A stretch of DNA of 64,000 nt from assembly GCA_044892525.1 (NCBI GenBank), contig CM097886.1:60698001-60762000 (forward strand), read 5' to 3'. Below are positions 12,501 to 23,924 of this stretch, one piece after another. Made by a program: the position numbers and the translations under genes. The stretch is from Schmidtea polychroa (Eukaryota). Below the pieces are notes generated by a model. The model was not told the DNA's origin, did no database searches, and saw nothing but the letters and a program-made list of their open reading frames with translations. Numbering within the stretch: position 1 is the stretch's first letter; every line of letters starts with the position of its first letter.

Positions 12501-13249
12501 AACAAAAAATGAAATAGATCAATCAGATTGATTTGAATCTAAAATGAAAATAACAACAATAAAAACGATCAAAAACATACATGATCGATTCTGATTGGTC
12601 AAATACATTCAAAAAATAGTATATAAGGAGTAATCTCACCACCTTTTATCACTTCTAGAAATTTTCATCTTTTGTAATTTATGATGTATATTAAAATTTA
12701 CATTTGATCATGATTTGTTCTTACTCTTAATTAATTATTTGTTTATTATTCAGGATTTTATGTTTTGTTACAAATCAGGTCTTCTAAATACTATTGCAAT
12801 TATGATGATAGGTATAGTCGATCAGGGAGCTCTTTTTGTCAGCGAGTCAGGGAACATTTAATGTATCCCTACCTCGCTGACAGGAGACGATTTCGATCCT
12901 ACATCAGATGATCGTGCTAAAGTTCTCAAAATAGAGACTATGTGCGATTACTCTCTGACCTTTTTATGTATTATTTATCGCCATTCCATATCACCAAATT
13001 CTACCATTATAAGCCATAAAAAATAACGATAAATCAGTATCGTAACTCCATAGAATTATTAGAGCTCAAATCGTTTTCCACTTAAAATCAAAGAATTTAG
13101 TGTAGTTAAAATTATAATTTATCTACCACTCTGCCGAACACATTTTGAAACTAAAAAATAATAATCAAAGATTTTTTTCTGATTTATTTAATGATTTTCT
13201 CAAATCGTATAAGACCACCCCGTCATCCGGTATAAATAAAAATTGACCT

Positions 13250-13740
13250 AACAGTGAATTCCACCAGGGACGGGCAGATCCATCCACAATAGTGTTGGCG
13301 CTTAGGAGGTGTGCCGTTTAAATGTTCTAGGGTTACTTATGGATTTTGAATCGACTCCTTCCTAAACACTTTCATGATTATTTTACTTTATACCACCTGC
13401 GTACCCATGGTAACAACCATGTTGGTGATGTACACAATGGCTGAAAATCAATTAACAGGTGAGATCCAATACTAGAACTACTCCTCATCGCATTTTCATT
13501 TTCGGGTTCTGGACTGCCAATAGAAGGTCTTACGTCACTGTTTGTTCTTTATCTCTTTTTAGACTATCTTCCATATTCATCTAATTATGGTCCTCCTTAC
13601 TGGATGTTTTCCAATGTTATTTTCGAAAGTTTTGCACAGGGATCCGCCCTTATTTCCCAGTTCATGAATGTTGTCCTATATATTTTTTACAATAATCGAG
13701 GTTATTGGGTTTGCTTTTCGAAAATTTTAGCATGGATATG
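13250..13740 (-). repeat. Unclassified interspersed repeat, copy 1
   Basis: Reverse complement aligns with about 50440-50830 (gacgtaagaccttctat.ggcagtc.agaacccgaaaa...gtgtaca..accaacatggt.gt..ccatgggtac). Confidence 0.75.
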
Positions 13741-15374
13741 CATATATTTCTAATTCTAACCTAAATTGATTCTAATTACTAGATGATTTTCATATACCGC
13801 ATAAAACTAAGTCTTCTCTATTTTTACTCAAAATCTACCTCATTTTTATAATTACCAACCTAATCCGATAAACTCAATAAAAAGGTGTCAGTTGTTAGAA
13901 ATAGATAATAAAAAGAAAAACCAAAAAATGTTAAATCCAATGTGAAAAATTTATTTACTTAAACATTATTGCATGAACAAAAATTTGTTTATAAAAAATA
14001 AACATACCACAGTTGCATAAAATTCATAGGAACCGAAAACTGAGAGCAAAAATTTGTATCTTAAAACAAGTTTTTAAGTTAAGTTTAGTTAAGTTTTTCA
14101 AATGAATTTTCCGTCGGTATTTATACTGATTTTGATTGTACGCCTACGCATTATCTTTTACTAATTCCAATTGGAATGTGGGTAATTTTTAATTACTTTT
14201 TTTTAAATTTTTTTAATTACACATGAGTGTATGTGTTTCATATTTAATTTAATTGATTGATTTAAACAATCGAATTATTTAAGCAATTTTATTTTTTTTT
14301 ACTTTTAGTTCTTCATCAATTTTAATGGAAATTTTTAATTTTAATTTTGAATCTATTTATAAAATTTTTCGTGCGTAAATACGAGCCATAACATTCCTAA
14401 TTAATTTGATTATGGTCTTTCGTATGTAAATACGACCAATAATCATTCTTAATTTTTAATATGATCAATTGTTTATTTTATTTATTATTATTTTATTTTA
14501 TAGTTGGCAGATTTTTCGAATGTGTTATTTCTCTCTTAACTATGTTGGTGATTGCAACTTCTTGTGTTCCTTTATTTGATTATACGTGTTTTATTTATTC
14601 TCAATGTGTTGTGTACTTTACTTTATACTATTTGGTGTATAATTATAAATTTCAATTCAAGTTTTTATGCTATGTATTTCCTACTCATTAAAACAAGGTC
14701 TCAATTTTTGGCTCTAGTCCAACACTAGGATAAGGAATGTGTCGAATAAAACATACTAAAGTCACGTGATCAAAAGATATAGCTGTAACAATTTTTGACG
14801 GAAAATCCGTTAGAAAGAACGCTATCTCCCATCGGATATGGAAATTTCGGAGGTGGAAAGAAGGTAGAGTAAGGCAATTGCAAACTGTCCGTTAAATCCC
14901 AGTTTCTCGTGTTCGGATAAGTACGCGCTTATGAATGTGGTCAATCAAAAAGTGTTCCGACTTTAGTATTGTCGGGACAACCTTATTGAGGAGAGCTGGA
15001 TTCAATATGCTTTGATACAAGAGTGTGCTGCATGTGATTTTTTTATTTTTGTTATTTTTATTATTTATTATTCTGAGTAATTAACCAAGATAGAAAATTA
15101 AAATTTAAAAGAAAAAATCAAAAATCAATAAAAAATTAAGAAATCAAGGCAGAAAAATATGGATAATAACCAAGCAATATTGCTAAGATTGGAATATACT
15201 AATAAAATACATTTATGAATTTATGAAGCTATGTATGCTATTTATGAATTGAAATTGAAGGTTTAATTTTTTTGTTGTTCTATAATAAAACATTGTAAAC
15301 ATTTATATTATTATTTTTTTAACGAAATTGATATTAATTCTAATTGTTAATCATATAGTTAATAGCGGCATACA

Positions 15375-15495
15375 CACAACTTAGATACACACTCACCCCA
15401 ATTGTCCCAATACAAGTTTTAAAAGAGACTCTGTTGGGGCCTACAAATTTTCTCATTTTATTGACTAACATTATTATTATAACACACATCATCAG
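15375..15495 (+). repeat. Unclassified repeat, related to 21290-21410
   Basis: Shared pattern atacac.cacccaat..gtccc..tacaag/cacaga..tttta.a.gagactctgttggg..cta.caaat.tt. Confidence 0.55.
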
Positions 15496-15809
15496 CTTAT
15501 CCATAACGAAGATACAATATAACTGGAATCAGGAGCAAAAATATACAAAATACACTGGAGAAAATTTTTTTATCAAACACTATCACTTCAGATATATCTA
15601 ATTTAGAGGTATAAAGAATAGTGGCACTTTTGACTGAACACAGTAAGCTATATCCTTGATTAAACTAATTTTATTTAGAACATAAACAAACTTTACCAAC
15701 TTATGTAAAAAACACAAACAACCCCTTTCGGCAAGAAAATAACCAAATATTCATTGGATTCACAAACATAAATGAAGAAAATACTCCATTAACGAACGTC
15801 AACACCAAC

Positions 15810-16121
15810 CCTCAGAATATTTCCCTCCAGACATTTTCCCCTTGTCATCCCCTCTGTCATTCTCCCACTGGATATTTGATTGCTTATTTCTAGAATTATT
15901 ATTTCGATTATGTCATAAAATAATTTTTTTGGCTTTATATAAAAGTGGAGATGGAGAGGAGAGACTTGGTGTCAAATAACAATTTGAATTTATTTACATA
16001 AATATTTATTAATAAATTTATTTAAATAATACTTTATTGAGTAGAAAACCTGAAATTATTATATAAATGATTGTCAGAAATGTCAAGGGGGAAATATCCA
16101 AGGAGGAAATATCCTAGACTC
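15810..16121. mobile_element. Old MITE-like element with degenerate inverted ends
   Basis: Left end gaatatttccctccagacattttccccttgtca; reverse complement of right end ggatatttcctccttggatatttcccccttgaca. No TSD identified. Confidence 0.4.
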
Positions 16122-16379
16122 GTGGTATGATTGATTTTTGTACTGTTTTTTGGTGCTGTAGATTTTGGGATTAATTTCTTCGTTGATTTGATCTGCTATT
16201 TCCGCTTATGTTTTGATGTCTACCCAACAGGAAAAGTTTCATATTAAAACCCATCGAACAAGGAAGCTAATTCGAAAAATAGAAAAAGTGTGAAAAAATA
16301 AACGAAACTTTGTAGGTAGTTGTTCTCCAAAATTTTTAATTTGTTTGCAATATTGCAATGCAAAAAAACCGGGACAATA

Positions 16380-17830
16380 GAGCGTCCCGAAGACCCCTTT
16401 CGGGACACCGGGACAATGATCTCAAAACCGCGACGTCTGGCAACCCTAATACATACCAAACTGCAGCGAAATATTGGCACCTTTAAGCGAACTAATCAAA
16501 ACAAAAAGAAATATGGAAGTTGACTGGACAGAAAAATCAATCAGAAATTTCGAAATAGCTAAAGAAAGCTTATCCCGAGCAACACTGCTGGGATACCCGA
16601 ATCCGGAATTAGATTACAATTTAGCAACAGATTGTTCGGGTTTCGCAATAGGAGCAACACTATACCAAGAAAACGAGTTCGGTAAACAACCGATCGGGTT
16701 TTTTTCAAAAAAAATAAAAACACACCAAACACGGTATTCAACTTTCGACCGGGAACTCCTTGCAATACATGATGCCATAAAAAACTTCCAACACTTACTG
16801 GAAGGCCGAAATTTCAAAACCTTCACGATGTCCATCGAAACCAAACAAAAATAATAAAATAAAAAAGACGAAACCCTCAAAGAATTACCAACGAAACATA
16901 GCCTGAAACTGAAAAAAACCTACGAAGTCTGGTACGATGTCAGAAACGAAAATTCCCCAATAATCTTACTAACAATAGAATCTAGAAACGCATGTATTTC
17001 AAAAGCCATAACTTCAGCCACCCAGGAACCAGAGACAAGTACGAAATAATCCATAATAAATACGTATGGCCGAATATGAGAACAGAAATGAAAAACTATG
17101 TAAAATGTGCAAAAACTGACAGATCAACAAAACATCAAAATAGCACAAAAAGTAAATTTTCCAATGACTCAACAATTCGAAATGATACATATCGATATAG
17201 TAAGACCACTAGCACCTAAAAACGGCTATCAATACCTGCTTACCATAATATAAAAGAAAACAAAACTGGTTCGAAGTTGTCCCTCTCAAAAAAATAACAG
17301 CAAAAAATATATGCAACAACCTAGAATTCAATTGGATAGCCCGCTACGGTCAACCAAAAACCAGTCACTGACCAAGGAAGACAATAAAAAACAATAAAAA
17401 ATACAACGTCAAAAGAAATAGAACAACTGCCTACAATCCTCAGACAAACGAGGAAATCGAAAGGTTACATAGAACAATTAAAGAAAGCATACGAACAAAA
17501 GCTGAAGACAGAAATTGGTTAGAACAATTACCAACAATCCTACTGGGGCTAAGAAATACTCATAATTCAATAAATAGCGAAAGCCCAGTATATAAAGTTT
17601 TCGGCAGAGGAACAAATTTACCTTCATTTAACACAAATTGGGAAAACAACAATAAAACAATCAACAACCCAGAGTAACGAATTCGATCCAAAAAAAAATA
17701 AAACCGTAAAATAGTTTTAACCACAGACTGTGTTAGTAAAAAAAACCATATACAAAAGGTTTTCAATCAAAGAACCAAAGTCCATACAAATTACTCGAAT
17801 TAAATAAAAACGTGGCCACGATATTAAAAA
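16380..17830 (+). mobile_element. Ty3/Gypsy LTR retrotransposon pol remnant (RT connection/RNase H and integrase)
   Basis: DCSGFAIGATLYQ...PIGFFSKK...RYSTFDRELLAIHDAIKNFQHLLEGRNF (RNase H). HNFSHPG...YVWPNMRTEMKNYVKC (integrase Zn finger). IDIVRPL, RTTAYNPQTN..IERLHRTIK and W.EQLPTILLGLRN (integrase core). Many stops and frameshifts. Confidence 0.9.
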
Positions 17831-18588
17831 ATAACAAGGAAATGCGAATAACTATTCAGATTAAAACACTACCACCAAACAAAACAATAGCACTACAACA
17901 AACAACAATAATCAAACAAGGCACATTTTATTCAACAAACATGAACCATCACACCCCATACACAAAATACATACAGAAAGTTTTTAAATTTTATTTTCTA
18001 ACTTGGTTTATATTTCTCTATTGGTTCTTAAATCACAATTAAATAAGGCCGATATCAAGAAGTATAAAAATAATGTTTTAGAATCTAATTAATTTAAACC
18101 TAATTATATAATAGCATTATAAAAGTATTTATACTAATTCAAATTTGAAAATAAGATAATTAAAATTTTTATTTAGTATTCAAAATGCTTAAATTGCGTT
18201 GGGAGAATATTAAATCGGGTCTTCATAATAATTCTACTTTCTGAATTTTGATCTTCAGGTGAGTATTTTGCAGGATGAGCACACACAGTTGGTTTCATGT
18301 TTGGATCAAATGTCTATAAAATATTTGAATTCGGATTTTATAAATAACATAAATTACTTTTATTGTATAAACTCTTTCATTATTTTCATTTAAATAAAAT
18401 CTAAGATTTAATGCCATGTCTATTTTAGCGTGTTGTTTTTCAATTAAAAATAATATATTAAATAAACAAATATTTTAATATTTAATTAGCATATTTTAGA
18501 AATTACAGTTTTGAAATATATCTAAATTATATATTTTTTTAAATTAATTTAATTAAGAGATATTTGTATTTAGATAAAATCATATTAA

Positions 18589-18809
18589 CCCTTTCCACTC
18601 ATTGACAAAAAAATTTTGCCAATTTTTAAGCCTAACTCATGATAAGAATGTTTGCCATATTCTTAATATCTTTCTTACTTCTATCCAATGGCAAGAAAAC
18701 AAACCATTATTAAAAGTGTTCCAACATAGATTCTTGACATCCAACATAATTTTCTAAATTAAATGAGTAGAAGAAACAAAAATGGGGAAATTAATGTGAA
18801 TGAAAAGGA
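18589..18809. mobile_element. piggyBac-like MITE
   Basis: Flanked by TTAA (18585-18588, 18810-18813). Ends CCCTTTCCACTCA and (reverse complement) TCCTTTTCATTCA, 10/13 identical. Confidence 0.5.
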
Positions 18810-18855
18810 TTAAGATATTTCAATATTTATTTTTCTGTATATTCTAAATATAATT

Positions 18856-19700
18856 CAATGTTTCTCAACGTGGGCCCCAGGGCCCATATGTGGGCTTGAG
18901 TAAAAATATTGTGGGCCTGGAGAATGAATTGGTGAAGCTTATCTGTTTTTCAAACTTGACGTATAAATTAAAAATTTATTTCTTTTATCATTTGCTGTCG
19001 TTTTCTTATATTTCAGTTATGTCACAATTAAAAGAAAAAAAAGAGGAAGATAACGAGAAGCTATCAAAATGATATTTTTGGTTTTTGGTTTCTAACCTTT
19101 AAGCATCAGTTCTGATAAACCAGAATGTGTTGAATTTGGTTTAATTATGACAAACTATTCAATGAAAAAATCTAAAATATTGTCACATCAGAAATTAAAA
19201 CATCCTGGATCAGTTGGAAGAGAACGTAATTATTTTGTCAAAAAACCACAAGAACGAATAAAGAAAAACTCGACAGTGACCTTAACTTCTTTTTATGAAA
19301 AAAGTAAGTAAACGGAACAACAAAGCCGACAGAGTAAGTTATGTTGTGAGTGAATTGATTGCCAAAGCGGGATAACCTCACATTATTGGTAAACGACTTG
19401 TAAAGCCAGACTTAATAGCTTGCACCAATGAGATGTAAGGATAAGATGCGGCAAATATTTTCAACATGATCCCACTTTCTGATGATACAATTCAAATAAG
19501 ACAGGATGAAATGGCGAAAAACTTGGAAGATCAATTGATAGAAAAATTAAAAGTTACAAAGTTCTCATTGCAAATCTACAATAAATAATTTGTCTCTTAA
19601 TTTGCCTTATGTTCGTTATGCTGATGACGCTGTTATTAATGAAGAAATCCTATTTTTAAAGAAACTTATAAACACGCGTAGTGAAACTATTTTTGGAGTG
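18856..19700 (+). mobile_element. Charlie/Buster-type hAT, 5-prime end plus transposase remnant, copy 2
   Basis: Same terminus as copy 1 with an internal deletion of about 240 bp. Degenerate ZBED5/SCAND3-like motifs VSYVVSELIAKAG.PHIIG.RLVKP, IPLSDDTIQIRQDEMA.NLEDQLIEKLK and YVRY...INEEILFLK. Confidence 0.85.
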
Positions 19701-19708
19701 GTCTAGAT

Positions 19709-20090
19709 TCTAGATTACGTCAAAATGATTCTATTATTATCGATGATTTGTATCAGGAAGCAAATAAAGAAAAATATTTTAATAATTTATTCACAAAAGC
19801 AATAGACATTGTGGAATTACAGTTATTTTCATAACACAAAACTTTTATAATCATAGCGGAAATCACAGAACACTGATTATTTAAAATAATTTATTTTCAA
19901 AAATCCACGAAATCAAACCATTATTGATTTTCTTGCAAGACAAACTTATCCTAATGACAGAAAACCTTTAAAATAATCATTCCAAGTTGCTACAAAAGTT
20001 CGCCATGGATATTCATTCTTAGACTTTAGACAACAATGTCTTGATGATATGTGTATTAGAACAGACATTTTTATTGTAAATGGTGTTACG
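19709..20090 (+). pseudogene. Maverick packaging ATPase, C-terminal part
   Basis: SRLRQNDSIIIDDLYQEA (Walker B)...LFTK...RHCGITVIFITQNFY...KNPRNQTIIDFLARQTYP...ATKVRHGYSFLDFRQQCLDDMCIRTDIF, a typical Polinton ATPase C-terminal half. Confidence 0.88.
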
Positions 20091-20279
20091 ATTTATATAA
20101 TCAATTGAACAAAAATAATTAAACTAAATATGGCATTTAAAAAGTATTTGTTAAAAATTCTATCATTCCAATTGTTTCCAAAAATATTAATAAAAAATCA
20201 AAATGTCGTAAGAAACTAAGAAAAATAAGATGAGAATGAAAAGTAAGAAACCTACTAAGAAATGGATTAAATTATAAAC

Positions 20280-20520
20280 AATCTATCCAGTTAAATATTG
20301 ATAGTAATAATAAAATTTGAACGAATTGTACCATATTTTAATACCTTTATAAAGGCTTCAAATACAAAACGAATTTCGATTTTACAAGCTTTTCAATCTT
20401 TTGTTATTAACGATTTACTTGAAGTTTTTGTAAATGTTGTTCGTGGTAATGTAAATATTACTAAAATTAATGCGAATTCAGTATTGTAAAGACATAAAAG
20501 GTCACTGTAGTAAATTGTCA
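20280..20520 (+). pseudogene. Conserved small Maverick ORF remnant
   Basis: RISILQAFQSFVINDLLEVFVNVVRGNVNITKINANSVL*RHKRSL resembles the recurrent Maverick small-protein pattern (IL..A....I..ICE...N.L.GN.P......L.RHK..L). Confidence 0.55.
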
Positions 20521-20629
20521 AATTTTTTTATTATTGTCATTTTACATTACAAAGTAGTTACGGACAAGTAAATCCCCTTCAATTTAATCGTTGCGTGTAT
20601 TATACAAACTATATAGTTTTGATTCTCTA

Positions 20630-20887
20630 TACTGCCCTCCTTATCAAATAGACCGTAACTGCAAAAATACACTTAGGAGATAAATAACAAAACGTGTTTT
20701 CAATTCTGCCAACCAGTTAACCTAAACCAATCATCCATTTATATTTGTCCATTTATATTCATCCATTTATAGATACGGTCTTATCGCTAAGCAGAATGAA
20801 GGTTAATTGCAACTGCATACAGTTGACGCCTCTAACTCGATTTTTGTAGTTTTGTCAGTTACGGTCTATTTGATAAGGAGGGCAGTA
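20630..20887. mobile_element. Tc1/mariner-type MITE inserted in the Maverick
   Basis: Perfect TIR of about 32 bp (TACTGCCCTCCTTATCAAATAGACCGTAACTG), flanked by TA on both sides. Confidence 0.88.
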
Positions 20888-21539
20888 TAGTAAATAATCG
20901 CTATAGAGAATTGATCACAAATTAAAAATTAATAAAAAAATCAACAAGTACTTAGCAGCAGAAAATCCTAAAGAAGTTTCTAAAAAAATTTCTCAGTTAT
21001 CAGATTTGGAATTTAAATTATAATAACTTCTCAATCCTCTATCCTATTCAAATCCGTACGGATACTTAATACTCAAGTATAATAAATTTCGAGCTGACTA
21101 TTCCCACAAAATCATATAAATATTAAAAACTAGTTGTAAATATTTTATAGCCAGAATTCAAAAGGCTTATCACATAAAAGAGGTTGAACAATTGATTTAT
21201 AAAGTTTTTTTTATTTGTGTTAATAAAAGTTAATATCACTTATTTAATATCACTCTTTGTGTTAATATCTCTTATTTTTAGTTAATATACATACACGCAC
21301 CCAATCAGTCCCGACACAGATATTTTATAGGAGACTCTGTTGGGTTCTAACAAATCTTCCCATTACACACTAATACAAATTAATACACATACTATAATAA
21401 ACATCATAATTACCATTTGAAATACATAATAATCACTTTTATCGTTAATCGATACTAAAAATAGGCGTCTGACGCGAAAGATATATAAACAAAAAAGGAT
21501 AGGTTCTTGGGTACAATACATCCAATAGTCTTATAAGCA

Positions 21540-22096
21540 ATTAGTGCAATTTCATCATTAAGATCTTAATTTGCACCAAAAGTTCATTATCAACTTTCGA
21601 ACTTTAAGAGAAAGATTGAAAAAAATATTTTTTATATAATCCAATAATACTTGGATAAATGTTTTGCCAAAAATCTTTTTCAGTTACAATCATTCACCAC
21701 CCAGAGGATTAAAAGGACAAAGACCTGTTGATTTTACGGGAAACACATTAAGAAAGGCAGAAAAAAATCAATAAACCAAAATACTTGGTAGGTGATCATG
21801 TAAGAATTAGTAAAATCAATTCTTCTCCATCCATCAAAAATTTTGATAATAATTAGAATGATGAAGTATATCAAATTTTGAAAGTCGATACAAAGCAAAA
21901 TCCTGTCATGTATGTGATAGTTGATCATGAAAATGTTAAATTCTATGAACAAGAACTCAAAGTCATTCCTGCCTCTACTGTATTCAGAATTCAAAAGATT
22001 TTAAAAATCAAAAAGGATGGGAAATATAAACAATGCTATAAAAGGTATGGTTATGAAACTCCGACTTGGGTATCTGAAAATCAATTGATTAAATAA
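21540..22096 (+). pseudogene. Maverick retroviral-like integrase C-terminal half with chromodomain-like tail
   Basis: RTLRERLKK..., NTWINVLPKIFFSYNHS, KPKYLVGDHVRISK, DEVYQILKVDTKQNPVMY, KFYEQELKVI...FRIQKILK...YGYETPTWVSENQL follow the Polinton c-integrase pattern. Confidence 0.88.
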
Positions 22097-22199
22097 ATAT
22101 TATGAAAGAAAACCAGTAAGATAAATTATACATCAATACTTTATTTGAATTAGAAGGATGTTTAATAACAATTAATCCGTCACTTTTAAAGATTTAAAA

Positions 22200-22585
22200 A
22201 TTCAAAATAATGAATTGATTAAAATAACTCTTGCTGATAACATTTCAAAAACAACCTTTGAATATTGGGATTAAAACAAATATTTACTGAGAAAGATATT
22301 GTCAGTACAGAAATATCGAAATTATTTCATTATCATTAACACATTTTTATTTATTCAACTATTAATTAACTAAGAGTTCCATTATTGAAATCTTATGTAA
22401 TTAAAAATATGAGTAGGGGGAAGTTGTGTGATTAGAAATGAAGAATCCAATGTACCTACCGATTTCTATTTCTTCAATAAGCAACATTGAAATCAATATA
22501 TGCGACGATAGTGGTAAAAAATAGAAAATTTAGTAAAGATACAAAAACAAATTTATCATTGGATTTTAGGAAAGTAAATGAATAA
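22200..22585 (+). pseudogene. Penton/minor capsid-like gene 1 (C-terminal part recognisable)
   Basis: KNPMYLPISISSISNIEINICDDSGKK...FSKDTKTNLSLDFRKVNE*. The stop overlaps the ATG of the next gene (aaATGaaTAA). Confidence 0.7.
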
Positions 22586-23572
22586 AAAAGATTTTTATGT
22601 AAATTTGTCCTTTTACTCATCCAAATAATGAAGCTAGTAAATTTAATGTCGAATTTCAAAAATCCTATTTACTTGAATAGAAAATGGGAAGTGACTCTCA
22701 TGGACTTTACCTTGGTGTATAATAATTTTGCTTTCTATAATAATTCAAATGTTAAATACAGTAAAGGTGTATTACATACAAGTTATGAATACTTTTATTT
22801 TAACCTACCAAAAATGAATATACAATCAGTCACGACTCTCCATTTTATTTAATATTTATTGATGGAAATATTTTGAACATTAATTGCAAATATTTTCCTT
22901 TTAAAGTAGAATCTGATAGTAATAAAGAAGCTCAAAAATTTTTACTGAAAAAGAAATAAATTTCAATCAAAATTTGAATCAAATAATTATTCCTCCAAAT
23001 AATTGGAAAATACAGTTTGATACAATTCGATTAACTATACATTATTTTTATTATATCAAGTATACAGATACATTTGAAGAAAATTTAAATATTACAGAAT
23101 TTTCTCAAATAAATGATCAATTATTTACCTTTTATCCGCGTCCATTTAAATCTAATGAAATTTATAAAGCAAAAATTGTTAACATTGTATTGGAAGATGA
23201 TGTCAGTAAAGTTTAATTTAGTCAATTTTTGGAAAATAGTTTAGGATTATCAGAAGAAGCATATACAGACAAAATTATTATTGGATTAAAACAACCTGAA
23301 ATAAGGCAAAGTAATCAACAAATGATGACCTCTACGAATATCATTGAACCAATTTTTGTCGGGGATACTTTGGTTCCTCTATTGAAATTTATATGAGTAG
23401 AAAACATTAAAAAAAGACAATCTAGTTCAAATAATTGAAAAGAATCCAATGTATTTGCCGGTGTCAAAATCCATATAAAGAAATCAATATACGTGACGAT
23501 AGTGGAAAATTTTCATTTGGGAAAGAAGATAAAACATACTTAACATTACATTTTCGTAAAATAAATGCGTAA
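22578..23572 (+). pseudogene. Penton/minor capsid-like gene 2
   Basis: N-terminus MNKKDFYVNLS...HPNNEASKFNVEF.NPIYLNRKWEVTLMDF. C-terminus TSTNIIEPIFVGDTLVPLLKFI...KNPMYLPVSK...EINIRDDSG...TYLTLHFRKINA*. Confidence 0.85.
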
Positions 23573-23790
23573 TCCAGACATTGTAAATTTTTATTATAGT
23601 AACCAGTTTGGGGGGAGATTTACCATATTTTGTAGGTAAACAGTACGGAAACGGTTGGTTGAAGACAATAGGTAGATTTGCTCTTCTAAATCTTAGACGC
23701 ATTGGGAATTTTGGTATGAAAACAGCTAATAAATAATAATTCAAAAATCTTAACTGCTTTAAAATCAAATGCAATATCTGAAATTAAATA
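23565..23790 (+). pseudogene. QxGG-type basic core-like Maverick protein remnant
   Basis: With one frameshift in a G run: MRNPDIVNFYYSNQFGGDLPYFVGKQYGNGWLKTIGRFALLNLRRIGNFGMKTANK. The ATG overlaps the end of penton 2. Confidence 0.65.
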
Positions 23791-23924
23791 TTCATTACCT
23801 ATAGTGATACATCATTTACCCCAAGTAATTAATAAAGTATCTGACGTATTAAAAAATCACCATGAAAATGAACAAAAAGAACAAAAAAGATGAACACTTA
23901 ATCGACGAAATCTATAAAAAATTA

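Noticed and set aside
14784-15019. Possible solo LTR (TGTAACA...GATACA)
   Set aside because: The flanks ATAGC/AGAGT do not form a TSD and no second copy was found.
20775-20786. 12-nt match to the SL exon (ACGGTCTTATCG)
   Set aside because: It is short, lies inside a MITE and does not extend, so it is probably chance.
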